DNA of 64,000 nucleotides from Candidatus Babeliales bacterium (GTDB taxonomy: Bacteria; Babelota; Babeliae; Babelales; JANWKD01), in NCBI GenBank assembly GCA_963722075.1, contig CAVRJM010000001.1:981898-1045897 (forward strand). Direction: 5' to 3'. This document shows, in pieces, positions 48,128 to 57,765 of this stretch. Every line of letters starts with the position of its first letter. Position 1 is the first letter of the stretch. Under the pieces are notes generated by a model. The model had not been told where the DNA came from. It searched no databases and was given only the letters and a program-made list of their open reading frames with translations. The translations under genes and the position numbers were made by a program.

Positions 48128-48358
48128 TGTATCCCCTAATCCCTCTAAAGATTATTTTCGCACAATAACCTTTTATCAATTTAATACAATTTTGCAATTA
48201 TAATTGTCAATAATTTAGAAAAGATTAAGGAATACTTCTAAGAACTTTTTTAGAACACAAAGAAATACAGATAACTATATTATCAAATACCTCACAACAT
48301 TGACCCTTACTGACTTGAGATACCTCCCAGTTATTAAAGTTTCAATCTGTATTTTTCA

Positions 48359-48386
48359 TTGACAATAAAGCTTATTTAACTATACT
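48359..48386 (+). promoter_or_regulatory. Candidate sigma70-type promoter for the phosphatase gene
   Basis: TTGACA, 16 nt, then TATACT, about 35 nt upstream of the ATG. Confidence 0.5.
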
Positions 48387-48421
48387 TATAAATATATAAA
48401 ATTAGTTAAATGGGGGATTTT

Positions 48422-50062
48422 ATGCATTCTATTCTCAAAAAAATAGCTTTAATACTATTGATTATAGGCCAAGCTCAGGCAGGATGGGTTCCTTCTTGGC
48501 TGAGTTCAGCATTACCACAATTATCAAATAAGCAAACAACATTTATTGGTGTTGGCCTTGGTTTGGCCACTGTTGGTTTGGGCAGCTATTTACTCTATAA
48601 AAAATTAAATAGCCTCCCTTTAATAACAAATCAAATTACTAACGCCCCAGAATTTATTACGTTTGATGATTGGAATTTGGATTGTAATAATCTTCCTCGC
48701 TACATTATGACGGAAAAAAACAAGGAGCCTTATCATAACCCCACTCAAACACCATTAATAGCTGCTGATCTTCAAACAGCATTGGATCATTATTTTCAGC
48801 TTTTACAAAATAACGATAATTTTACTAATAACGAAAATTGGGTAAATCAAGAACGGCCCGAAAAACTACTTACTTCATTACAAAAAAATAAAAATAATGT
48901 CTTTGATCCGTATGTTGAAAAATTGGTGGTAAAACCTGGTTCTGTTATTTCATTTCATGGTGATTTGCATGGCGACATCCATTCTCTTAATCATTATTTA
49001 TGTTATTTAAAAGAAAAAAGGTATTTAGATCAAAAAAATCCTTTCAAAATTGCTGAAGAGCATAATGATTTTTATATGGTCTTTTTAGGCGATTATACAG
49101 ATCGTGGCTGGTATGGAGCGGAAGTTATTTATACCATTTTGCGCCTTAAAATAGAAAACCCTGATAAGGTGATTTTAGTACGCGGTAACCATGAAGATTA
49201 TGATATCAATAAACGTTATGGATTTATTGAAGAGCTCGAACATAAATTCGGTGAAAAATCAATTATCAAAAGAATGTTTGGTACAAATCCAGCAACAACC
49301 CTTATGGCATCTATACAAAAAATGTATGAAACATTGCCACTCGCTTTATATATAGGTTCAGGAACTGAAGATCATAACGATTTTATTATTTGTTGCCATG
49401 GCGGTATTGAATTTGGCTTTGATCCATTACCATTACTTAACCATGAATCACCACACGCCTATACTAAGCTAGGCATAATAGACCGTGAAAAACAATTAGA
49501 GAAATTACCACAATATAAATTACTTAAAAAAGGCTTTGTTAATATTGGCAAGGCGGATTTAAACCATTTTTTACCTACCAGTATTTTTGATCTTAATACT
49601 TTTTTATTCATAGGATTCCAATGGAATGATTACGAAGTTGATCTCACTCGTGAAGAAGTTCCTTGGTTTATTGAATTAATTAAGGACCGAGGTTTTCGTA
49701 TTGGAAAAACATTTAATGAAGTCATGCTTAATGTGCAAAGCAATGAACGTAATACTGTACGAGGCGTTTTCAGAGCGCATCAACACAGCCCAGATAAAAA
49801 TGATCCTATGATGCGAAGAATATTAAATCTTGATGAATTCGATCATCATTGTAATGCCGGCGTAGGAAGATTATGGATTGAGAATTTACCACGCAACGAA
49901 GACAAACTCTGGAATAATATTGTATGCACTTTTAACGTATCACCGCACACCCCTTATCAAATGGCAATGTTCAATTATGATACCTATGGCCTTTTAACCG
50001 TAGATGAACAATTTGAAGATTGGCGCCTCAAAGTAGTTCGACAAGAAATGTTTAATCAGTAA
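48422..50062 (+). CDS. PPP-family (eukaryote-like) Ser/Thr protein phosphatase with N-terminal signal/TM region
   Basis: Full PPP motif set: GDLHGD, GDYTDRG, RGNHE, CCHGG and FRAHQH. The N-terminus has two hydrophobic segments. Start set at the ATG after GGGGGA. Confidence 0.8.
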   Translation: MHSILKKIALILLIIGQAQAGWVPSWLSSALPQLSNKQTTFIGVGLGLATVGLGSYLLYKKLNSLPLITNQITNAPEFITFDDWNLDCNNLPRYIMTEKNKEPYHNPTQTPLIAADLQTALDHYFQLLQNNDNFTNNENWVNQERPEKLLTSLQKNKNNVFDPYVEKLVVKPGSVISFHGDLHGDIHSLNHYLCYLKEKRYLDQKNPFKIAEEHNDFYMVFLGDYTDRGWYGAEVIYTILRLKIENPDKVILVRGNHEDYDINKRYGFIEELEHKFGEKSIIKRMFGTNPATTLMASIQKMYETLPLALYIGSGTEDHNDFIICCHGGIEFGFDPLPLLNHESPHAYTKLGIIDREKQLEKLPQYKLLKKGFVNIGKADLNHFLPTSIFDLNTFLFIGFQWNDYEVDLTREEVPWFIELIKDRGFRIGKTFNEVMLNVQSNERNTVRGVFRAHQHSPDKNDPMMRRILNLDEFDHHCNAGVGRLWIENLPRNEDKLWNNIVCTFNVSPHTPYQMAMFNYDTYGLLTVDEQFEDWRLKVVRQEMFNQ

Positions 50063-50386
50063 TCAAAAAATACACGGTATTTCGAACTCAATTACCTTTT
50101 GCCTTCTTTAGAAATTTAAAGTATTATTGAAGTATAGGATACAAGCTTTCTTTTACCTCTCACAAACCTATAACTCTTCTAAAAAAAGCTTAAAAAAGTA
50201 GCATGCCTTGAGGCACAAAATCTTCTTTACATTTTTGCACAAATCTATTATTTTAAGAAAGAAAATATGAGTCTGTTACTGTAAGTTATTCCTCAAACAT
50301 TCCCACAAATCCAGTATAAAAACAGCACTCATAGCTCTGTAGTTTTTTGTTAAATTTTTGCACCATTTTTTAAACAAGGAGGAATC

Positions 50387-50671
50387 ATGTTTGAAAAGAT
50401 GAAACCCTTAGGCGATAAAGTACTCGTTAAGCGTATTGAACATGAAGCAAAAACGCCAGGCGGTATCATAATCCCAGACGCTGCTAAAGAAAAGGCACAA
50501 CAAGGTACCGTCATTGCCGCAGGACCAGGCAGAACTACTCCTGAAGGAAAAGTAATTCCATTAGGTGTTCAGGTTGGCAACCAAGTGTTTTTTGGTAAAT
50601 ATGCTGGCACTGAAGCAGGAAATGACTATCTCATTATCCGAGAAGATGAAATTCTAGGAATCGTTGAATAA
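50387..50671 (+). CDS. groES: Co-chaperonin GroES
   Basis: 94 aa with the mobile loop and family pattern (PLGDKVLVKR...GGIIIPD...G.V.AAGPG). SD AAGGAGG. Confidence 0.97.
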   Translation: MFEKMKPLGDKVLVKRIEHEAKTPGGIIIPDAAKEKAQQGTVIAAGPGRTTPEGKVIPLGVQVGNQVFFGKYAGTEAGNDYLIIREDEILGIVE

Positions 50672-50684
50672 CTAAGTAAATTAA

Positions 50685-52340
<1,656 letters not shown>

Positions 52341-52365
52341 GAAATATTCCGCGTACAAAACAAAA

Positions 52366-52403
52366 AAAGGCTCGCAGTAATTTATGCTGCGGGCCTTTTT
52401 TGT
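52366..52403 (+). terminator. Rho-independent terminator after groEL
   Basis: aaggctcgcag / ctgcgggcctt stem (1 mismatch) with an ~8-9-nt loop, followed by tttttt. Confidence 0.8.
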
Positions 52404-52477
52404 ATAAACAAAGTTTACTTTGTTTAAATCGTAATTTGAATAATCATTATTTTAAATGTAATCAATGAAAGATTTCT

Positions 52478-52855
52478 ATGAAAAAATTTATTCTTGTAAC
52501 TTTACTTGCGGCTACTCAAGCAACTTTTTGCTTAAATGAAAATCATGATTCAACCGACGATCAAATTTGTCAAAATGTTGAACATTTTTTTAATGAAGTA
52601 GTTCATAATAAACGTGAAGAGGGAATGGAAAAAATCGAAGCCTTTTTTGATCTTCGCGAATTCTGTGAATGCAATAGCAACCAACTAGAAGATTGCTGCC
52701 CTATACTTTCGGAAAAAAGCGCTCAAATAGTAAAAAATTATCAATTTATGACTGAGGATGGTCAAGTTGCTCCAGAAATATGTATGTTCTTAAAAAAGCT
52801 TAAGGAAAATGGTTCAATTATCTTTAAGGAAAATTCTATTCATATTAAACAGTAA
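52478..52855 (+). CDS. Small secreted Cys-containing protein of unknown function
   Basis: 125-aa ORF with a signal peptide. Confidence 0.5.
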   Translation: MKKFILVTLLAATQATFCLNENHDSTDDQICQNVEHFFNEVVHNKREEGMEKIEAFFDLREFCECNSNQLEDCCPILSEKSAQIVKNYQFMTEDGQVAPEICMFLKKLKENGSIIFKENSIHIKQ

Positions 52856-52862
52856 AATAATA

Positions 52863-52918
52863 GATTACTATGTATATCCATTTATATGCGGTATACATAG
52901 TAATCTCCACAGCTTAAT
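52863..52918. repeat. Hairpin repeat, copy A (upstream bracket of the TA cassette)
   Basis: Perfect 14-bp stem gattactatgtata / tatacatagtaatc, followed by tccacagcttaa. Related to 53694-53748. Confidence 0.7.
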
Positions 52919-53027
52919 TCCTTATCTAATCTTTAAAATTACGAACTGTTTTAAGCTTATTATATACATTGTATCAACAATGTGATAACATTATTAATAA
53001 TTATAATGTTTATTTTTTAGGATTTTT

Positions 53028-53267
53028 ATGAATAAAAAGCTTACAAAGCATGGAAATAGCTTAGCCTTGGTAATAGATAAGCCATTATTAAAGCTCCTTA
53101 AAATTAACGAAAAAACCTTATTGGAAATATCTATTAAGGATAATACGCTTATTATAAAACCAACTACTGTAAAAAAAGCGAAGAAAAAAGAAGCCTCTAT
53201 TGATGAAATTGCCGAACAAATCATGAATAAATATGATATTACTTTTAAAAAACTTTCTAAAACGTAA
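53028..53267 (+). CDS. AbrB/MazE/SpoVT-type antitoxin
   Basis: 79 aa. KHGNSLALVIDKPLLKLLKI is a swapped-hairpin (looped-hinge helix) motif. Its stop overlaps the doc start by 1 nt. Confidence 0.75.
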   Translation: MNKKLTKHGNSLALVIDKPLLKLLKINEKTLLEISIKDNTLIIKPTTVKKAKKKEASIDEIAEQIMNKYDITFKKLSKT

Positions 53268-53665
53268 TGGACATTTATTTTTTATCACTTCAAGAAGTCA
53301 TTTTTTTGCACAAAAAAATTATGGAACGTTATGGAAATGGCTCTATGCTTATCAGAGATTTATCCCTTTTAGAATCAGCGGTTGCCCAACCTCAAGCAAC
53401 CGCATTTGGCAATTATCTTCATAATGATTTATTTGAAATGGCATCTGCGTATGCTTTTCATATTATTAAAAATCATCCTTTTATCGATGGCAATAAACGA
53501 ACAGGATTACTTATTGCATTAACGTTTCTAATGCGCAATGGAGTAGAAATAACCACATCATCTAAAGATTTATATGATTTTGCTCTTGATATTGCATCTT
53601 CAAAAATAAACAAAGAAGAAATCGCTAGTTTCTTTAATAAACATTCAAAACTTATTGGTAATTAA
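53267..53665 (+). CDS. doc: Doc (death-on-curing) / Fic-family toxin
   Basis: The Fic/Doc core HIIKNHPFIDGNKRTG matches the Doc variant HxFxDGNKR. 132 aa. Confidence 0.85.
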   Translation: MDIYFLSLQEVIFLHKKIMERYGNGSMLIRDLSLLESAVAQPQATAFGNYLHNDLFEMASAYAFHIIKNHPFIDGNKRTGLLIALTFLMRNGVEITTSSKDLYDFALDIASSKINKEEIASFFNKHSKLIGN

Positions 53666-53693
53666 TTCATTTTCTCTAATTCATATAAACAGG

Positions 53694-53748
53694 GATTACT
53701 ATATCTACTTGCGTGAATAGGTATACATGGTAATTTCCGCAGCTTAAC
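53694..53748. repeat. Hairpin repeat, copy B (downstream bracket of the TA cassette)
   Basis: gattactatatcta...ggtatacatggtaatttccgcagcttaa. The right half is about 90 percent identical to copy A. The stem is degenerate (10 of 14 pairs). Confidence 0.65.
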
Positions 53749-53764
53749 CCTCTTGATGCCCCAT

Positions 53765-53792
53765 GTCATTGCGAGCTCGCGAAGCAATCCAT
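53765..53792. repeat. GCAATCC-type repeat unit
   Basis: gtcattgcgagctcgcgaagcaatccat followed by taataaataaaag. Confidence 0.75.
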
Positions 53793-53987
53793 TAATAAAT
53801 AAAAGTCCGAATACCTTACTTGCAAAATTAAAATTTTAATTTTATAAAATGGATCCTTCACAGTCGTTTATAATAGTATATACAACTGAATCTTCTGGAA
53901 ACTGTTTACTCAAAAAAGGCCTTTTTGCTAATATAACAATAGATAGAATCTTATCTTTTTTATAATTTTATTCAAAACGGGGGTATT

Positions 53988-54305
53988 ATGAAGTTAAATA
54001 AATTGTTTTTTTTCTTAATCCTTATTGTTAGCGGTAATCATATCAAAGCAATGGAGTACTCAGCAGGCTGGGGTAAATACAGAGATTACGCTAAAGAAGA
54101 ATATGAAGGATGGAAAAACAAAGTAACTGATTTAGAAAATAATAAGAATAAAATATTAATTGATATAATGAGCCAAAAACCTACCATGACATATGAGGAG
54201 GCCCAGCAACATTATATAGAAGCATTAAGAGAAGCCAAAGAAAAACGCAAAAATGCATGGGATGAGTATAAATCCAACGAATGGAGTGGTTCTAGATTCG
54301 AGTAA
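53988..54305 (+). CDS. Small secreted protein of unknown function
   Basis: 105-aa ORF with a signal peptide and GGGGG SD-like sequence upstream. Confidence 0.5.
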   Translation: MKLNKLFFFLILIVSGNHIKAMEYSAGWGKYRDYAKEEYEGWKNKVTDLENNKNKILIDIMSQKPTMTYEEAQQHYIEALREAKEKRKNAWDEYKSNEWSGSRFE

Positions 54306-54382
54306 GCAACTTCAGTACCACTTAAGAATCAAGCAATCTAGATCACACCAATAAAATCAAATCATTTTTGAGCAAAACCATT

Positions 54383-54428
54383 GAACGGTCTGCAGCACAT
54401 CTTCTGATATGCGAGGACCGTTCTTTTT
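54383..54428 (+). terminator. Candidate terminator
   Basis: gaacggtc ... gaccgttc stem followed by ttttt. The loop is large (~26 nt). Confidence 0.5.
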
Positions 54429-54439
54429 GCAGTCACGAG

Positions 54440-54665
54440 ATTAAATAAGAAGTGGCCACTATAGTGCATGATTCTCATAGCTGTTTACTTTGCCATAGGC
54501 TGAAGAACGACGTCTGGATGCCAAGCCGGAATGTGCGTGGATAAGCGAAATGGCCTTTTGAATTGAAAATATTGGGCATGCAATATTTTCATGCCTGGCC
54601 GGTATTAGGCCAATAGAAAAAGGATTAGATTTTATTACTGGATTGCTTCGCAAGCTCGCAACGAC
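54440..54665. repeat. GC-rich island ending in a GCAATCCAG-type unit
   Basis: GC-rich relative to its flanks. Small hairpins (ggcatg..catgcc, tggcc..ggcca). Ends with ctggattgcttcgcaagctcgcaacgac. Track ORF 54459..54653(-) begins with RSNPV, the usual translation of the repeat. Confidence 0.55.
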
Positions 54666-54792
54666 AGGTTTTTAATTAATTAATGGATTCTATCAGATGA
54701 TGTTCAAAACAACCATTTCTCATTAAATTCTTCTTTAATATCCATTTCGAACCTGTAATGGCATAAAAAATTAAAAGATATTTTAAAAACTA

Positions 54793-54822
54793 TTGAATTT
54801 AACATGTCTTTTCTATTAGAAT
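54793..54822 (+). promoter_or_regulatory. Candidate sigma70-type promoter of leader copy 1
   Basis: TTGAAT, 18 nt, then TAGAAT. Conserved in copy 2. Confidence 0.55.
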
Positions 54823-54831
54823 AAGAATTAG

Positions 54832-54925
54832 AAGTCGGGAGAGGTAGTTTGAAGCTTGTCTCAGTAATAACGAAAGAAATTGTTGAGAATATAGGATTAA
54901 ACCTATGAATCCCCGACTTTTTTAA
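54832..54925 (+). ncRNA. Structured RNA leader, copy 1 (unclassified cis-regulatory RNA or sRNA candidate)
   Basis: Closing stem aagtcggg / cccgactt, followed by a U-run. Inner 10-bp hairpin 54859-54868 / 54879-54888 with loop aacgaaagaa. Conserved blocks GGUAGUUUGAAGCUUG and AGGAUUAAA. Covaries with copy 2. Confidence 0.55.
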
Positions 54926-54958
54926 TTAAAAAACCCTTAAAAAATAGGTTTTTTTATA

Positions 54959-55399
54959 ATGAAAAAAAGTTCATTATTTCTTTTTATCATATTATTACCA
55001 ACATTTCTTTGTGCAAAACGAATGGTCTATTTCAAAAATGATACCAATTTTCCTGCAGATAACTTTTTATTTATCTTTGTATGGCACAGTCCAGATGCCA
55101 CGCAAGAAGAGCGTGATAAAGCGCATCATCAATTAGGCTTTATGCATTATTTTAAAGGATTTCCCAATCATATAGACCTTGATTCCCTAGTAGATACACA
55201 TACCAATAAACCAGTACAACCAGGTTATATTGTAGATCTTTTTATTAAAACCACCATTCCTTCAGGGTTAGAAACCAGAACATATCCTCCTCATAGAAAG
55301 TTTTATAAAGGAGAATTACGGCGTATTAAGCCACTAACCTATTCAGTAAAAGCATCTGATCTATATTTTGAGATTCAATTTGAACCTGTAATACCATAG
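54959..55399 (+). CDS. Small secreted protein, paralogue pair member 1
   Basis: 146 aa with a signal peptide. Shares RMVYFKNDTNF and IDLDSLVD..KPVQPG with 55591..56118. Confidence 0.6.
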   Translation: MKKSSLFLFIILLPTFLCAKRMVYFKNDTNFPADNFLFIFVWHSPDATQEERDKAHHQLGFMHYFKGFPNHIDLDSLVDTHTNKPVQPGYIVDLFIKTTIPSGLETRTYPPHRKFYKGELRRIKPLTYSVKASDLYFEIQFEPVIP

Positions 55400-55425
55400 C
55401 AATTTAAAAATATTATTAAAAACCA

Positions 55426-55456
55426 TTGAATTTAGCACTATCTTTTCTATTAGAAT
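55426..55456 (+). promoter_or_regulatory. Candidate sigma70-type promoter of leader copy 2
   Basis: TTGAAT, 19 nt, then TAGAAT. Confidence 0.5.
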
Positions 55457-55465
55457 TATAAGTAG

Positions 55466-55560
55466 AAGTCGGAAGAGGTAGTTTGAAGCTTGCCTAAATA
55501 CAGACGAAAGAATTTATTTAGGACAGAGGATTAAAAGCCTGTGAATCTCCGACTTTATAT
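55466..55560 (+). ncRNA. Structured RNA leader, copy 2
   Basis: Closing stem aagtcgga / tccgactt. Inner hairpin cctaaata / tatttagg (55493-55500 / 55515-55522) around the same ACGAAAGAA loop core. Confidence 0.55.
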
Positions 55561-55590
55561 TTTTGTATTAATATATAAAAAGGGTGTGTT

Positions 55591-56118
55591 ATGAAAAATA
55601 AAATAGGATTATTGGTTTTGCTGTTTATTTCATTGCCAGCAGCTGGTACTCGTATTGTTAAATTTCAAAATAACACTAATTATACTGATAAAATATTTTC
55701 TTATTTTGCATTTTCATTTTACAAGCCGGAGAATATAAAACCCGGTACTACTATAAATCCAGATTACTCTGCAATAGAATATGGTTTTGTAAAGCGGGTT
55801 GATTTAGATAATCTAAAAGATGATAAAACCAAGAAAGCAATTCCAGCAGGTCTTTCTGCCGATGTAAGGGTAGTAACGACACAACCTTCTAACCTTCCTC
55901 CAGAAGGTATTCCCCCCCAACCAATACCTTTAACCGGATCTCAAACTAATTTGGCACCTGGTACTTATACTATATATGAATCAAGCGATGCCATCCACTT
56001 TAGGCTGATTACTCCAACAGCACCTGCAGCTAGCACGCTCACCATCAGCAGCAAAATAAGTTATTTTGATTCTAATAACGATATAATTTCTTTATCAAGT
56101 GCTATTTTTTCTTCATAA
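55591..56118 (+). CDS. Small secreted protein, paralogue pair member 2
   Basis: 175 aa with a signal peptide. RIVKFQNNTNY and VDLDNLKD..KAIPAG. Confidence 0.6.
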   Translation: MKNKIGLLVLLFISLPAAGTRIVKFQNNTNYTDKIFSYFAFSFYKPENIKPGTTINPDYSAIEYGFVKRVDLDNLKDDKTKKAIPAGLSADVRVVTTQPSNLPPEGIPPQPIPLTGSQTNLAPGTYTIYESSDAIHFRLITPTAPAASTLTISSKISYFDSNNDIISLSSAIFSS

Positions 56119-56924
56119 TTATTTTTTATATCTATTTGCAATTGTGATTGAGCCGCTTGAAGTGCCGTATGAATATTTTGATCATATGCGTCGAATGGAA
56201 CATTTAGATTAGGATCAGCACCATTCATTAGTAGAAAATCTACTAATGATATATTCCTTATTTCAATGGCATAAAATAATAAGCTGCCATATCCACGATC
56301 ATTTGGACTCTTAAAAAGAGTATTAGGATTAAGTCCTTTTTGAACTGCTTTTTTAATAAAGTTAATAATATTTGTATTTTCAGAAGTAAAACCAACAAGT
56401 CTCATTCGAATAAAATATGGCTCATTTGAATTTTTTATGGGTGGCAAAGATGGATTAGCGCCATGATCTAATAGTTCAATTGCTATATCATATTGTGCGG
56501 TCTTATATCGTGATCCCTTTAGCGCTATATATAAAAGAGTTTCATCAGCTACATACGTATTAGGATTTAATCCATGGTCAAGAAGAGCTTTTGCCAATGA
56601 AAAATTGTTACCAAAAATCTCTATTAAAAGATGCTCATGTTGCATAAAAAAGGCGATTCCATTTGCATCTTCAAAAATGGCCAATCCAAGTTCAAAAGCA
56701 TTTTCTTTCATTATGTTCATTAAAATTGCGATGATAATTTCATCATTAAATACTTTTAAAGATATCCCATCATCTAATAGGCTTATTGCTGCTTCTTGCC
56801 ATTTTGTTACATTTTCTTTATTCAAAAAAATCATTAATATTCCTCTCCCTCTGAGCGGATGGTAATAATAAATGCGTGTTACCATTATATTTAAGTGATT
56901 AATAAATTCGTTTAATTTGAACAA
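56061..56924 (-). CDS. Ankyrin-repeat protein
   Basis: ANK-like units ending LLDHGLNPN, LLDHGANPS, VQKGLNPN and LLMNGADPN. The true start may be an internal Met. Confidence 0.7.
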   Translation of the reverse strand: MFKLNEFINHLNIMVTRIYYYHPLRGRGILMIFLNKENVTKWQEAAISLLDDGISLKVFNDEIIIAILMNIMKENAFELGLAIFEDANGIAFFMQHEHLLIEIFGNNFSLAKALLDHGLNPNTYVADETLLYIALKGSRYKTAQYDIAIELLDHGANPSLPPIKNSNEPYFIRMRLVGFTSENTNIINFIKKAVQKGLNPNTLFKSPNDRGYGSLLFYAIEIRNISLVDFLLMNGADPNLNVPFDAYDQNIHTALQAAQSQLQIDIKNNYEEKIALDKEIISLLESK

Positions 56925-56966
56925 ATTACCACACTTTTTTAGCTAAACGGAATCCACTTTACCACA

Positions 56967-57608
56967 TCAGACGAAGTAATGGCGCGCACTATTTTTTTTC
57001 GAACATCGGGAAAAATATCTAATTAATACGAATTTCTTATTTCCTTTAGTGAATGCAAATCGGTACAATGTTTTAATGGTCGCTACTAATTCATCTTGCG
57101 TATTAATTGAATCAGGTATCAATTCTAAAACCATCATAAGCTTTATTTCATTAGGCATTTCTAAAAATTTTTGGGTGCTTTCCTCCGTAGGCGTCTTTTT
57201 AAGTCTTTTTTTAAATCTTTTTTCAGCTTTTGCTTTTTCTTCTCGTTCGGCAGCTACTTGTGCTGCAATTAACTTAAATTGTTCCATTTCTTTACTTGGC
57301 TGTCCCTCAACTTCTTCAGGTAATTCCTCCCGCTCTTTTTCTTTTTCTCTAACAGATGGAGATTTTAGTTTTTTGCCTTTTTTTTCTACTTTTTTTGCTA
57401 ATTGTACAAGCCTTTGCTGAGTTAATTCATATTCCATTTGTTTTTGTTGCTCAAGCATAGATTCTTGCGTTCTTTGTGGCTTGCCTGGTCTTTTTAAATT
57501 ATTCTCTAAATCTGCTAATTTTTCTTTTAACGTTATAAGCTGATCCAGCTGCGCATACGTCATTCCATACAAAAATAACAGACAACTAATGATATATATT
57601 TTTTTCAT
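56967..57608 (-). CDS. Secreted K/E-rich coiled-coil protein (carries LxxLKxxLxxLxxxLxxP motif)
   Basis: 213 aa with a signal peptide and a highly charged central region. Confidence 0.6.
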   Translation of the reverse strand: MKKIYIISCLLFLYGMTYAQLDQLITLKEKLADLENNLKRPGKPQRTQESMLEQQKQMEYELTQQRLVQLAKKVEKKGKKLKSPSVREKEKEREELPEEVEGQPSKEMEQFKLIAAQVAAEREEKAKAEKRFKKRLKKTPTEESTQKFLEMPNEIKLMMVLELIPDSINTQDELVATIKTLYRFAFTKGNKKFVLIRYFSRCSKKNSARHYFV

Positions 57609-57765
57609 ACTGCGTTTCCTTTTTTATATAATTATTACCATCCATATCATAATAGAAGGGATGAATAGAATCGTTAAATAAAAAATGCATCTCTTGCTTT
57701 TTGTAATCTTAGTAATGCACTATGAATTTATAAACTCTGTAAACAATGTAAAAAGGAGATACCAT

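Noticed and set aside
50300-50345. Possible CIRCE (HrcA) operator upstream of groES: acAGCACTCatagctctg
   Set aside because: Only a partial left half-site (AGCACTC) is present. There is no inverted GAGTGCTAA partner 9 nt downstream. The CTTGAG...TTACATTT region at about 50215-50250 is also too weak a match to the sigma32 consensus to call.
52863-53748. The hairpin repeats flanking the TA cassette considered as integron attC sites
   Set aside because: No integrase or attI is in the window, and I cannot identify the R''/R' GTTRRRY core sites. I kept this as a finding but did not call it an integron.
54440-54665. The GC-rich ~225-nt segment considered as a housekeeping ncRNA (RNase P RNA, SRP/4.5S, tmRNA, 6S), and ORF 54459..54653(-)
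   Set aside because: None of the universally conserved blocks of RNase P (GAGGAAAGUCC), SRP (GGAAGCAGCC-type helix 8) or tmRNA (tRNA-like ends, tag ORF) is present. The segment ends in a standard repeat unit and resembles the composite island at 5719-5905. A 6S-like RNA cannot be excluded from sequence alone.
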